DNA of 64,000 bases from Nannocystales bacterium. GTDB lineage: Bacteria > Myxococcota_A > Polyangia > Nannocystales > Nannocystaceae. The translations under genes were made by a program, and so were the position numbers. Under the pieces are notes generated by a model. That model had not been told where the DNA came from and searched no databases. It worked only from the letters and a program-made list of their open reading frames with translations. The DNA is taken from assembly GCA_050633305.1 (NCBI GenBank), contig JBOEGF010000010.1, forward strand, positions 1 to 64,000, written 5' to 3'. Positions 29,868 to 39,797 of this stretch are shown here, one piece after another; the stretch's first letter is position 1, and each line of letters opens with the position of its first letter.

Positions 29868-30761
29868 ATGAAGATCGCAGAGGACTTCGATGCTTTCGTC
29901 GCCATCGTGGAGGCAGGGAGCGTCAGCGAAGGCGCGCGCGCGCTTCGAATGCCTCGTGCAACCCTCTCCAGACAGCTTGCGCGCCTCGAGGAGCGGCTCG
30001 GCACACGGCTGTTGCATCGCTCGACCCGCCGCATGGTGCCGACCCCAGCGGGCGAGACCCTCTACGCCCGCGCCCGAGGGCTGCTCGACGCCGCCCATGC
30101 GGCCGTGGAGTCCGTCCAACGCCTCGACGACGTTCCTCGGGGGCCGTTTCGGATCTCGGCCGCGCCCGTGCAAACGCCCGTGTTGGGGGAACTGCTCGCG
30201 GAGTTCGTGAAGACCTATCCGGGCGTGTCCGTGCAACTCGAGACCACGACGCGTCACGTGGATCTGGTGGCGGACCACGTCGATGTCGCGCTTCGGGCGG
30301 GAGTCGTCCGCGAGCCGAGCCTCATCGTGCGGCCCTTGATGCGTACGGAACTGGTCGCGGTTGCCTCGCCCGAGTACCTGCAAGATCAGGGCACCCCGGC
30401 GAAGGTTTCGGAGCTCGAACGTCACGCGTGCATGGGCGGATTCGAACGTGGTGCGCGTCCAGGAAGCACGTGGCCGTTGCTCGAAGGAGGCACCACGCCG
30501 ATCTCGGGACCCCTGGTCACCAACGACATGATCGCGCTCAAGGGTGCAGCGCTCGGGGGCTTGGGCATCGCGTTGCTCCCACGTCTGCTGATTGAAGCAG
30601 AGCTTGGGTCCGGGGACCTCACGCCCGTGTTGCCCGGTGTCGTTGGATTGAGGACCTCGCTTTCGCTCGTGTGGGTCGAGCGGGAGTTCATCGACCCGAA
30701 GGTTCGCGCCTTCGTCGAGTTCGCTGCACGGTGGGCTGCGGACGGTCGGTTCGCCACCTGA
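29868..30761 (+). CDS. LysR family regulator (CrgA/DmlR-like)
   Basis: FVAIVEAGSVSEGARALRMPRATLSRQLARLEERLGTRLLHRSTR; divergent from doxX. Confidence 0.94.
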   Translation: MKIAEDFDAFVAIVEAGSVSEGARALRMPRATLSRQLARLEERLGTRLLHRSTRRMVPTPAGETLYARARGLLDAAHAAVESVQRLDDVPRGPFRISAAPVQTPVLGELLAEFVKTYPGVSVQLETTTRHVDLVADHVDVALRAGVVREPSLIVRPLMRTELVAVASPEYLQDQGTPAKVSELERHACMGGFERGARPGSTWPLLEGGTTPISGPLVTNDMIALKGAALGGLGIALLPRLLIEAELGSGDLTPVLPGVVGLRTSLSLVWVEREFIDPKVRAFVEFAARWAADGRFAT

Positions 30762-30908
30762 GCGGGTGGCCGCCCCAAGACGTGCACGCTGCGCAGGGCC
30801 GGAAGCGTTCCATTCCGGCCCACCATCCTTGCACTTTGGCGTAATCTGGAACACTTTTTACCGACCTGTCATTGCGGCCAGGCCGCGTTCTTCGCATTCC
30901 GAATCTGT

Positions 30909-32624
30909 ATGCCGAAGGAATCGACAAGCAGCGAAAACATGACTCTAGAGGGCGATGTGCGGGGTGAGCCGACACTAAGTCGCCGCAACATCCTGGCGGG
31001 AGCGACCACTGCCCCCGCGGTTTTGGCAGCGATGGGAGGCACGGCGACGATGCTCGCGTCTGCGCCGGCCGAGGCCGAGGTTCTGACCCCCACCAACCAG
31101 ATCCGGCGGTTTCGAGACGCCGCGAACCTTCGCAAACACGCCGCCTGGTACCAGTTTGCGGAAGCCGTCAGCCGTCCGGCGCAGGAGACCAACGACGACG
31201 ACGACATCTATGCGGACTACCGCGGAAGTTTCCACAAGTGCCTCCCGCACAACGACTTTGGCGAGGTTGATCCGGCGGCCTACGAGGCGCTTCGTTATGC
31301 GTTCGATTGCGGCGACCCGGATGCCTTCGACGCAATCCCGCTGGATGGAGCGGCCGACCGTCGTCTCGCGAACCCTCAGGGGGCGCTTGCCTTCAACCTG
31401 ACCGGCATTGATCCGCACGCCACCCGCATGCGCGCTGCTCCGGCCTTCGCGAGTGCCGAATCCGCCGCGGAGATGGGCGAGGTCTACTGGCACGCCATTC
31501 TTCGAGACACCCCGTTCGCGGACTGGGGCTCGAGCGCGCTGGCTGGCGATGCAGTCGACGATCTCAACGCCTTCAGCGAAACGGTGGGCCCCACCCAAGG
31601 TGGTCTCGTCACCGCCGCAACGCTCTTCCGTGGCCCGACCCCCGGAGACCTGGTGGGTCCGTACGTCTCGCAGTTCTTGCTCAAGGACGTCAACTACGGT
31701 CAGGCGTTGATCGAGCAGCGCTACAACACACCCGACTCCACCAACTTCATGACGGAGGTGGCCGACTGGCTCGCCGTCCAGCGGGGTTCAGCACCGGGCG
31801 CATCGATCAGCTACGCGGCGCAGCGTCGTTACATCTACAACGCCCGAGCGCTGGGGGAGTACGTCCACATCGACGCGTTGTTCCAGGCCTACTTGTTCGC
31901 TGCGGCGATTGGACTGGGATTCGGATCCGCAGCGCTGGATGTGACCCCGTACTCGGGCAACCCCAATCAGGGCGCCTTCACGACGCTGGGCGGGCCCGAC
32001 GTGCTCGACAGCGTCTCCCACGTCGCGAACCTGTCGCTGCGTGCAGCCTGGTTCCAGAAGTGGGCTGCGCATCGACGCCTTCGCCCCGAAATGTACGCCG
32101 GTCGTGTGCACTTCACCCGCACCGGTGATCGGAACTACGGGTTGCCTGCGGAGATTCTCAACTCGGGTGCGGTCTCGATCCTCGAATCCGAAAACGGTAC
32201 CGCGCTGCTGCCGATGGCCTTCGCCGAAGGGTCTCCCACCCACCCCTCGTATCCGGCCGGCCACGCGACTGTGGCGGGCTCTTGCTGCACGGTGCTCAAG
32301 GCCTTCTTCGATGAGTCGTTCGTCATTCCAGACCCCGTCGTTGCGTCGAGTGATGGTCTGTCCTTGTTGCCGTACGGGGGCGGGGACCTCACGTTGGGCG
32401 GGGAGATCAACAAGCTCGCGAGCAACATCTCTTTGGGTCGCGACTTGGCCGGCGTTCACTATCGGTCTGACGGTGTCGACGGCATCCTCGTGGGCGAGCA
32501 GATCGGCTTGGCGTACTTGGCTGACATCAGCCGCGGATACAACGAGGACTTCGGTGGCTTCAGTCTCACGCGGTTCGACGGCAGTGAGGTGTTGGTCGCC
32601 GACGGTCAGGTCTTCGACGTCTGA
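30909..32624 (+). CDS. Tat-exported vanadium-dependent haloperoxidase
   Basis: SRRNIL Tat motif; WFQKWAAHRRLRPE, GSPTHPSYPAGHATVAG, GRDLAGVHYRSDG; N-terminal FHKCLPHNDFGEVD and LANPQ as in algal/cyanobacterial VBPOs. Confidence 0.9.
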   Translation: MPKESTSSENMTLEGDVRGEPTLSRRNILAGATTAPAVLAAMGGTATMLASAPAEAEVLTPTNQIRRFRDAANLRKHAAWYQFAEAVSRPAQETNDDDDIYADYRGSFHKCLPHNDFGEVDPAAYEALRYAFDCGDPDAFDAIPLDGAADRRLANPQGALAFNLTGIDPHATRMRAAPAFASAESAAEMGEVYWHAILRDTPFADWGSSALAGDAVDDLNAFSETVGPTQGGLVTAATLFRGPTPGDLVGPYVSQFLLKDVNYGQALIEQRYNTPDSTNFMTEVADWLAVQRGSAPGASISYAAQRRYIYNARALGEYVHIDALFQAYLFAAAIGLGFGSAALDVTPYSGNPNQGAFTTLGGPDVLDSVSHVANLSLRAAWFQKWAAHRRLRPEMYAGRVHFTRTGDRNYGLPAEILNSGAVSILESENGTALLPMAFAEGSPTHPSYPAGHATVAGSCCTVLKAFFDESFVIPDPVVASSDGLSLLPYGGGDLTLGGEINKLASNISLGRDLAGVHYRSDGVDGILVGEQIGLAYLADISRGYNEDFGGFSLTRFDGSEVLVADGQVFDV

Positions 32625-32761
32625 TCGAACCTGCGGCTGGACCGACCGGAGCCTCCGCGTCCGCGAGGCTCCGGCTCTTCGTTGGGCAACTCGGGATCGG
32701 AGCGTGTCTGGGATCACACCGGGGTGGTGATCGTTGCACTGGGCGGGAGCACAACCGAGCC

Positions 32762-33304
32762 ATGTTCCGCCTCTCTAGCCTTCTGCTTCTCCCGCTCCTT
32801 GTCCTCCCCGCCTGTGAATCCGAACCGAGTGACAGCGAGGAGGTCGAGACCGAGGTGGAGGCGGTCGTCGAGGCGACCGCCGATGTTGCCGTATTTCTCT
32901 GCGAGTGCTCACTTTCGGACGCCGATGAGGGCGTGGACGCCTGCAACGAAGCCGCTGAGGGTGTGTTCGACGACACGGTGAACGAGTGCGTCGAGGATGT
33001 TGTCGCGATGGACCCGGAGTCGCGGGAGGTGATGCGGTGCAGTACAGCTGCGCTGCGCGGGCTTTTGGATTGCTACGAGAGCGCCGGTCTGTGTCCGGAC
33101 GGTAGCGGCTCGTCGAGCTCCGGGCCTGGCGCGGACCCCGATATGGGTGAGGAAGAACCCATCTCCGACGACACCTGTGGTCACGCCTTCGAAGCTGATA
33201 TCGAAGCGTGCGGCCAGCTCCCGGCCACAACGCAGGATGCCCTCGACACCTGTCTCGTGGGAGAGCAGAGCGGATCGGGGAGCTGCCGCGGCGAGACCTG
33301 CTGA
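32762..33304 (+). CDS. Acidic Cys-rich lipoprotein
   Basis: LLLPLLVLPAC lipobox; multiple Cys. Confidence 0.7.
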   Translation: MFRLSSLLLLPLLVLPACESEPSDSEEVETEVEAVVEATADVAVFLCECSLSDADEGVDACNEAAEGVFDDTVNECVEDVVAMDPESREVMRCSTAALRGLLDCYESAGLCPDGSGSSSSGPGADPDMGEEEPISDDTCGHAFEADIEACGQLPATTQDALDTCLVGEQSGSGSCRGETC

Positions 33305-33344
33305 CACCACACCTGCACCGCAGCCCAATTCCGAGTCCCGGCAC

Positions 33345-34385
33345 TCAGTCGCGCTCAGGACACAATGCTTCAAGGAGTGCCCTCGGGTGACGGTTCCACG
33401 GGGGATGCGGGGCGTCGTCAGCATCGATCTTTTGGTCGAGGAGGGTGCCTTGATTTCGACCGTTGACGGTCGGGCGTTCCTCGTAGATGGGGTCTTCGAG
33501 CGCGTCGTCGAGCGAGATCCACTGGACGTCCCGGGCCTCCAGCGCCGTGAGAAGCGGCTCGATCATCTCCGCGTCGAATGCTCCGGAGTGCAGAAGCAGC
33601 ACGTGCGGGATGCGGCGACCGTAGAGACTCTGTGCAGCAGCATCCGACCACTCGAGCATCTCGACAGCATGGTCGACGAAGGTCTTCCGCAGCGCCGCAA
33701 GTGCCTTCTTGTCTCCGATCTTGCGACAGCGGGCGTAGGGCGGGTTGAATGCCCAGTCGTAGAAGTCGATGGTGACAGGGACGTTTCGGTAGCCTCGCTG
33801 CTCCAGATGCTTTCGGATCGCGATGGTGTCCTCACGAGACATTCCCTCGAGGAGGAAGGGATAGCGAAACGTCGGCGTGCGACTGCCGTTGAGCGCGAGT
33901 TCCTCCAGGAGTGGCTCGTTGGCCGCGATGTCTTGGAAGTACGCCTTGAGGTCTTTGTCTCGAAGACTCAGATGGTTGTACGTGTGATTGCCCAGAGGGT
34001 GACCGGCAGCGGTCCACGCCTCCAAGGCTGCACGGCGCTCAGGGTGACCCTCGAGTTTCCCAGCGTTCACGAATCCATAGACCTGGGGAACGCTGTGGGC
34101 TTCGAACGCCGTGAGCAACGCACGGTGAACCTCCAGCGCCGAGAGTCCAGGGACGACGGGGCCATGCGCTGGAAGGTCGTCGACGGTGATCGCGATCTGC
34201 AGCGGGCCCAGCTGCGCCCGTTCGGGGGCCGGTTCAATCGGCGGGGCGATGGCCTCCGGCACCTCGGGTGCGGGGCAGGTGGGTGGGGTGACGACGGGTC
34301 CCTCGGTCTTGCAGGACAACACCGAGAGGGCAGTGCCGAGGACGAGCAGCTTCGAGAGCAAAGGGGGCCTCGCCACAGTGCACAT
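33345..34385 (-). CDS. Polysaccharide deacetylase (CE4) lipoprotein
   Basis: LSVLSC lipobox; IAITVDDLP, GNHTYNH, FRYPFL, VLLLH. Confidence 0.9.
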   Translation of the reverse strand: MCTVARPPLLSKLLVLGTALSVLSCKTEGPVVTPPTCPAPEVPEAIAPPIEPAPERAQLGPLQIAITVDDLPAHGPVVPGLSALEVHRALLTAFEAHSVPQVYGFVNAGKLEGHPERRAALEAWTAAGHPLGNHTYNHLSLRDKDLKAYFQDIAANEPLLEELALNGSRTPTFRYPFLLEGMSREDTIAIRKHLEQRGYRNVPVTIDFYDWAFNPPYARCRKIGDKKALAALRKTFVDHAVEMLEWSDAAAQSLYGRRIPHVLLLHSGAFDAEMIEPLLTALEARDVQWISLDDALEDPIYEERPTVNGRNQGTLLDQKIDADDAPHPPWNRHPRALLEALCPERD

Positions 34386-34489
34386 GGTCGCACGTCCGGA
34401 CACCGTCTTCTCCCATGAACCCCATCCGGAGAGCCTAGGTGGGTGCATGACGGGCCCCCGGTGTCGGAGGGGCCCGCCCTTGGAGAGCC

Positions 34490-37393
34490 CTACTTCTTTT
34501 TCGTCGTGACCGCCGTACCAGCGCTCTTGCCGGTGGTCTCGGGGAGAAGCACGCCGTCGACGTAGCGTTTCTCGTTGAAGAACCGCTTGGCGGCCTTCTG
34601 CACGTTGTCCTTGTTCACGCGCTTGGTTGCCTTCTCGGCATCGCCGATCTCGCTGGGATCGGTTCCAAACCGATAGTGCTTCGCGAGCTGGCGCACCCAA
34701 AAGCGGTTTTCTTTCACGTCGGTCTCGAGTCCCCGGCGGCGAGCCTCGATGACCTTTTCGATGACTTCTTCGCTCGCACCCTCGGTCTTCACCTCGGTGA
34801 TGATGTCGAAGACCGCCTTCTTGAGTTTCTCGACATTCTCGGGGGCACAGCCAAAGCCGATTGTGTACGAGTACTCGGCCCGGGGGCGCCGTTCGATGCG
34901 ACCGAAGCTGAAGGCCCCGTACACCCCGCCCATCTTTTCGCGGAGGACTTCACGCAAGCGGATGCCCATGACATCGGCGAGCATCTCGATGTCGTCCTGG
35001 CCCTCGGCGCTCCACTTGGCTTTGCCGTGGAAGGTCATCATGACGAACGCCTTGGGATCCTGGCCCTTCTTCACGGTGAAGGCCTTCACGCCCTTGGGCT
35101 TGCGTGCGCCGATGTCCTTCCAGTTGTCCTTGCGCTTCTTGGTCGGAAGCGTCGCGAGATAGGTCTTGGAGAGCTTCCGGAGCTGCTGTTTGTCGATGTT
35201 CCCGACAAACACGAACGTGAAGTCGCTGGCGTCCGCGAAGCGGTCCTTGTACGCCGCCATCGCTTGTTCGAGGGACACCTTGTCGATGTCCTCCAGCTTC
35301 ACCGGGACACGGCGCTTGTGGTTGCTGCTGGTCTCTGCCTGCAGGCGCTCAAAGAAGACGGATTGAGGGTTGAGGTCGCGGTTGCGGACGAACTCGCGCT
35401 GGCTCTCCTTGAAGGCAGCGAAGGCCTTCTCGTCCGCCCGTGGCGAGGTGAACGACAGGTGAATCAGCTGCATCATCGTCTCGATGTCCTGAGGCGACGC
35501 GCTCCCGCGCAGGCCCTCCTCGAGCTCGTTCATCGTGGCGCGGACGGACACGTCCTTGCCTTGGAGGAACTTCCGCAGTGCGACCGCGTCGTGCTCTCCC
35601 ACGCCGCCTGCACCCGCGACCGAAGTCGCAAAACGTCCTGAGGCGAACACCTTGTTCCCGATGGCCGACGTGCCGCCGGGGCTGAAGGCTTGCATCAGGA
35701 CCTGGTCGTTCTTGAAGTCCGTCGGCTTGACGACGACTTTGACCCCGTTGCTCAAGGTCCACTCCACGGTCCCAATCCCGTCGAGCTTCTTCTTCGATGT
35801 GATCGTCCCGGGCTCGGGAACCGCCGCCATCAGCGATGTGCCTGTGGCTTCTTCCGTGTAGGGCTCGATCTTGGCTTTGCTGACGTCGTCGACGACGGCC
35901 AGGAGTGCGGACTCCTTGGGCATCTCGTCTCGCGCCGGGCCGCTGGCCATGACCACGCGGTCCTTGCTCGCCATCCATGTGGTCGCCGTCGCATTGACCT
36001 CCTCGAGCGTCACGCCGGGGAGCATCCGTTTGGCAAGCTCGAGCTTCTGAGCCGAACCCGGCAACGCTGCGTCGTTGAGGAAGGACTGGACGATACGACG
36101 GGCGTGGCTCCGACCCTTGACCTTGTCGTCTTCGGCGGCACCCTTCTCGTAACTTCGTAGGACGTCGGCCTTCTGTCGTTCAAACTCACTCGCCAGGAAG
36201 CCGTGTTTACCGACGCGCTCCACCTCGGTCAGCAGAGTGCGAAGCGCCTCTTCCGACTCTCCGGTCTTTGCCATCGAGAACAGCTGGAAGACGTTCGCCG
36301 CGCGACCCATCGTGTTGGAGAACGAGAACGCGAACATGAACGGTGAGTCTGGGCTTCGACGAATCTCGTCGAGGCGCGCGCGGAGCATTCCGTGGAACAG
36401 GTCGTCGACCAGCTCGTCGCGGAAGTCGGCTTCGGTGAGCATGGGCGTCGCCGGCCGCTTGATCGCGACCGACACCTGGGTGCGCGATGCCTCCGGGTCG
36501 GTGACGACGGCGGCACGTGTCTTGTCGAGGATCGGGACCTCGATGTTGGTCCGGGGGCGAGCGGCCTCGGGATTTTTCAGCTTGCCGAAGCGGGCCTTGA
36601 TCTCCTGTTCGACTTTCGCGGGATCCAAATCACCGACGACGACGACCGCCATGAGGTCGGGTCGATACCAGTCCTTGTAGAATTTCTTGAGGGTGTCGAC
36701 CGGGGCGGTCTCGAGGATCTTCTTCTTGCCGATGGGTTTGCGCTCAGCGTACTTCGAACCCTCGAGGTAGATCGGCCATTGCTGATCGAAGACCCGCTGC
36801 GACGCGCCCCGGCCGAGCCGCCACTCTTCGATGACCACGCCGCGCTCCTTGTCGACCTCTTCGGGGTCGAAGGTGATCGCCGACGCCCAGTCTTCGAGGA
36901 TGTCGAAGCCCTTGGTCACGGTCTTGGGGTCGTCGGTCGGGACCGTCAGCTGGTAGACAGTCTCGTCGAACGAGGTGTACGCGTTGAGGTCGGCACCGAA
37001 GTCCATGCCCGACTTCTCGATGTAGTCGATGAGCGTGTTCTTCTCGAAGCGCTTGGTTCCGTTGAACGCCATGTGCTCGACGAAGTGAGCGAGACCTTGC
37101 TGGTCCTCGTCCTCGAGCACCGAACCCGCGTCGACCGCGAGCCACAGGGCGGCCCGGTTCTTCGGAGCCTCGTGTTTGCGGATGTAGTACGTCAGCCCGT
37201 TGTCGAGCTTGCCGACACGCACGGTGGGGTCGGCCGGAAGGGCGGGCGACTCGGCGGTGGCTTTGGCGTCGTCGGTCGCCGTGACCGGAGCCTTGGGGTC
37301 TTCCGTCGTGGGCTTCTTCGTCGACGCAGAGAAGCTGCCGGAGCAGGCGGAGAGAACGAGCACGAGAGAGAGGGCTGCGCGGGAGAGCTTCAT
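34490..37393 (-). CDS. M16 family zinc peptidase (PqqL-like) lipoprotein
   Basis: LVLSAC lipobox; GLAHFVEHMAFNG (HxxEH), NAYTSFDETVY, ERGVVIEEWR, LREKMGGVYG. Confidence 0.95.
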   Translation of the reverse strand: MKLSRAALSLVLVLSACSGSFSASTKKPTTEDPKAPVTATDDAKATAESPALPADPTVRVGKLDNGLTYYIRKHEAPKNRAALWLAVDAGSVLEDEDQQGLAHFVEHMAFNGTKRFEKNTLIDYIEKSGMDFGADLNAYTSFDETVYQLTVPTDDPKTVTKGFDILEDWASAITFDPEEVDKERGVVIEEWRLGRGASQRVFDQQWPIYLEGSKYAERKPIGKKKILETAPVDTLKKFYKDWYRPDLMAVVVVGDLDPAKVEQEIKARFGKLKNPEAARPRTNIEVPILDKTRAAVVTDPEASRTQVSVAIKRPATPMLTEADFRDELVDDLFHGMLRARLDEIRRSPDSPFMFAFSFSNTMGRAANVFQLFSMAKTGESEEALRTLLTEVERVGKHGFLASEFERQKADVLRSYEKGAAEDDKVKGRSHARRIVQSFLNDAALPGSAQKLELAKRMLPGVTLEEVNATATTWMASKDRVVMASGPARDEMPKESALLAVVDDVSKAKIEPYTEEATGTSLMAAVPEPGTITSKKKLDGIGTVEWTLSNGVKVVVKPTDFKNDQVLMQAFSPGGTSAIGNKVFASGRFATSVAGAGGVGEHDAVALRKFLQGKDVSVRATMNELEEGLRGSASPQDIETMMQLIHLSFTSPRADEKAFAAFKESQREFVRNRDLNPQSVFFERLQAETSSNHKRRVPVKLEDIDKVSLEQAMAAYKDRFADASDFTFVFVGNIDKQQLRKLSKTYLATLPTKKRKDNWKDIGARKPKGVKAFTVKKGQDPKAFVMMTFHGKAKWSAEGQDDIEMLADVMGIRLREVLREKMGGVYGAFSFGRIERRPRAEYSYTIGFGCAPENVEKLKKAVFDIITEVKTEGASEEVIEKVIEARRRGLETDVKENRFWVRQLAKHYRFGTDPSEIGDAEKATKRVNKDNVQKAAKRFFNEKRYVDGVLLPETTGKSAGTAVTTKKK

Positions 37394-37510
37394 GGGCGGG
37401 CTGCTTGTGTCCGAGGGGTCCGCAGGGTTTCATACGGGGTCACCCGAGTACGTGAGTTCGGGTGGGGACGGGTCCGGTCGTGAACGTCGTCATCATATCC
37501 GCTTTTTGTT

Positions 37511-37530
37511 ATATAATGCTTAGGTTATGT
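37511..37530. promoter_or_regulatory. Imperfect palindrome ATATAA-N8-TTATGT, probable ArsR operator overlapping TATAAT
   Basis: ATATAATGCTTAGGTTATGT immediately 5' of the ArsR gene. Confidence 0.5.
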
Positions 37531-37536
37531 TTTCGT

Positions 37537-37899
37537 GTGGCCAGCAGTGACCGTCTGGATGCCCGATTTTCCGCCCTTTCCGATCCGTCGCGCCGGGCGA
37601 TCTTGCTGCGGCTTGCAGCTGGAGAGGCGACGGTCAGCGAGCTCGCGGCTCCGCTCCCAATCTCGCAGCCAGCCGTCTCGCGGCACCTCAAGTTGCTCGA
37701 GCAGGCGGGCCTCATCGTCCGGCGCATCGATGGCCAGCGGCGGCCGTGTCGCCTCGCGGACGGTGGCCTCGACGAGCTCGACGCGTACCTCTCCAAGCTG
37801 AGGCAAGCCGTCGACACACAGTATGCCGGCCTCGACCAGCTGCTCGAGCGTATGGCGGCAGAGACCCCGCCCAAGCGCACCCGGAAGAAGCGGCGATGA
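37537..37899 (+). CDS. ArsR/SmtB family regulator
   Basis: LDARFSALSDPSRRAIL...SQPAVSRHLKLLEQAGLI...GQRRPC. Start estimated at GTG 37537. Confidence 0.9.
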   Translation: MASSDRLDARFSALSDPSRRAILLRLAAGEATVSELAAPLPISQPAVSRHLKLLEQAGLIVRRIDGQRRPCRLADGGLDELDAYLSKLRQAVDTQYAGLDQLLERMAAETPPKRTRKKRR

Positions 37900-38014
37900 G
37901 GATGGCGGTGGGTACCCACCGTCGTCTCGGCCGCGAAGCGGTGTGCTCGACCTGGACCGACAAAATAACAAAAAACAAATGATCGATTCAGCCGCTCGCG
38001 CTTCTGCTCCGACG

Positions 38015-39142
38015 ATGAACCCCCCGCGACTTGCCCTCTTGCTCGCCCTCAGTTTCGTTGCCTGTGACAGTGGCTCCAGCGAGGCCGCCAAGCCCACCCC
38101 CGCAAAGGCCGAAACCGAGGTCGGGACCAAGGCCGCAGAAGCCAAGGGCTCCGGTCCCGCAAAGGCCGTTGCACCACCGGCGTACACACTCCCCGACGGT
38201 GCCGAATCCAAGGGGACCGCCCTTGCACAGAGGTTCTCGAACGACGACGCAGACTTCGACATCGAGTCCGCGAGCGATCACCGCACGGGTCTCCTGTGGG
38301 TCGCAGCCAAGGGCGACAAGCCGGATCAGGTGGCGGCCGCATTGCGACGATTGGACGAGCTGGATTCCGAGGCCTACGACCCGCTCCCCGTGAAGGTTGC
38401 TCTGGGTCGGTTGGACAGCAAGAACCCCGACGTGTTCGGGGCTGCGGTTCAGCTGGTCGGTGCCGCGATGTGGTTCGAACCTGCGGACCCGCTAGCAGTC
38501 CAGTCTCTGCGCGCGATCGTGGAGGGTGACTCGACCACGGAACGGAAGGCTGAGGTCGCGCGCATGATCGATGGGCGCGACGATGCGGCCTTCTTGGCGC
38601 TTGCGAAGTCCGCGTTGGGGGCAGAGGAGCCTGAGGTTGTCGCGTACGCGCTGTCCAAGCTGCGACGTCGCAAGACACCGGATGTCCGCGCCGAACTCGA
38701 GACGCTCGCCAAAGCGCGGCTGGATGACGAGAATCCTCAGCTCGCCGCCGAGGCCCTCGACGCCTATGCCAGGGTGGCGAACAAAGACGACACCGCAGCC
38801 CGCGCGGCGATCGAGTCGCGCCTCAAGTCGAAGCACCCCATCGTCCGCGCTTATGCGGTGGTGGCTTTCGCTCGGGTCGCGGGCAAGGCCGCGGCACCTG
38901 CAATCGCCGAAGCCATGAACGACACGGCAAAGACAAGTGAGCGATTGAAGGTGCGCTACGCCGAAGGCGGCGGGTTTGGGGTGGGCGCTCACCAACCCGT
39001 GCGGGAGGTCCGGCACATCGTCCCAACCGCACTCTCGGCTGCAGACCCCGGATTCAAGCGGAACCGCGTGGACTGGAACAAGCCCGAGTCTGTCGAGGCG
39101 TTCGAAACTCAGGTGAAGGGATGGGCCAAGAAGGCCGGTTGA
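38015..39142 (+). CDS. HEAT-repeat lipoprotein
   Basis: MNPPRLALLLALSFVAC; helical repeats LDDENPQLAAEAL, LKSKHPIVRAYAV. Confidence 0.75.
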   Translation: MNPPRLALLLALSFVACDSGSSEAAKPTPAKAETEVGTKAAEAKGSGPAKAVAPPAYTLPDGAESKGTALAQRFSNDDADFDIESASDHRTGLLWVAAKGDKPDQVAAALRRLDELDSEAYDPLPVKVALGRLDSKNPDVFGAAVQLVGAAMWFEPADPLAVQSLRAIVEGDSTTERKAEVARMIDGRDDAAFLALAKSALGAEEPEVVAYALSKLRRRKTPDVRAELETLAKARLDDENPQLAAEALDAYARVANKDDTAARAAIESRLKSKHPIVRAYAVVAFARVAGKAAAPAIAEAMNDTAKTSERLKVRYAEGGGFGVGAHQPVREVRHIVPTALSAADPGFKRNRVDWNKPESVEAFETQVKGWAKKAG

Positions 39143-39150
39143 GCGGACGC

Positions 39151-39750
39151 TCAGGACTCGCGAAGCGACCGCGCCCAGCGCTCGAGATCGTCGAGGCTGG
39201 GCCGACCGTGCACGTCCGCCGCGCGAAGTGACTGCATCTGCGCCAGCAACAGCTCCCGACCGCGGCGGAGCCGGCTGCGCACAGTGCCTTCGGGAACCTC
39301 GAGGACCTCTGCGACTTCGGGCGCCGTGAGGTCTTGCCAGTAGAAGAGCTCGAGCACCAGCTGAAACGAAAGCGGAATCCGGCGGAGGCCCTCCGCCAAC
39401 AACCGTTGTTCTTCACGGTCGACGACCACCGTGCTGGGGGTTGGGTCGAGATCCCAGACCGATGTGGCCTCGGGTGCGAACAGGTCGTTGTCTCGGCTAC
39501 GGCGTCGGAAGTGCGCGATCAGTTCGCGGTGCGCGATGGTCAGGAGATAGGAGCGGAACTTGGCGCCATCGCGAACGGCGTCGCGACTCTCGACACAGCG
39601 CAGAAACGTGGCCTGAAGCAGGTCATCCATCACATCCGCGGCCTTGTTGGCGAAGAAGCGCACCAACAGTTCTGTGTGCCGGCCGATGAGGTCCGCACCG
39701 GCCGCCGTATCGCCTGCTCTCCAGGCTTGGAGTAGCTTCACCTCGTCCAC
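39151..39750 (-). CDS. ECF sigma factor divergent from a Ser/Thr kinase
   Basis: LLQAWRAGD, DDLLQATF, FRSYLLTIA, LELFYWQDLTAPEVAEVLEVPEGTVRSRLRRGR. Confidence 0.92.
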   Translation of the reverse strand: MDEVKLLQAWRAGDTAAGADLIGRHTELLVRFFANKAADVMDDLLQATFLRCVESRDAVRDGAKFRSYLLTIAHRELIAHFRRRSRDNDLFAPEATSVWDLDPTPSTVVVDREEQRLLAEGLRRIPLSFQLVLELFYWQDLTAPEVAEVLEVPEGTVRSRLRRGRELLLAQMQSLRAADVHGRPSLDDLERWARSLRES

Positions 39751-39797
39751 CACGCTGCACGTTGATAGCAACCCGGACCCGCCCGCACAATTGCCTC

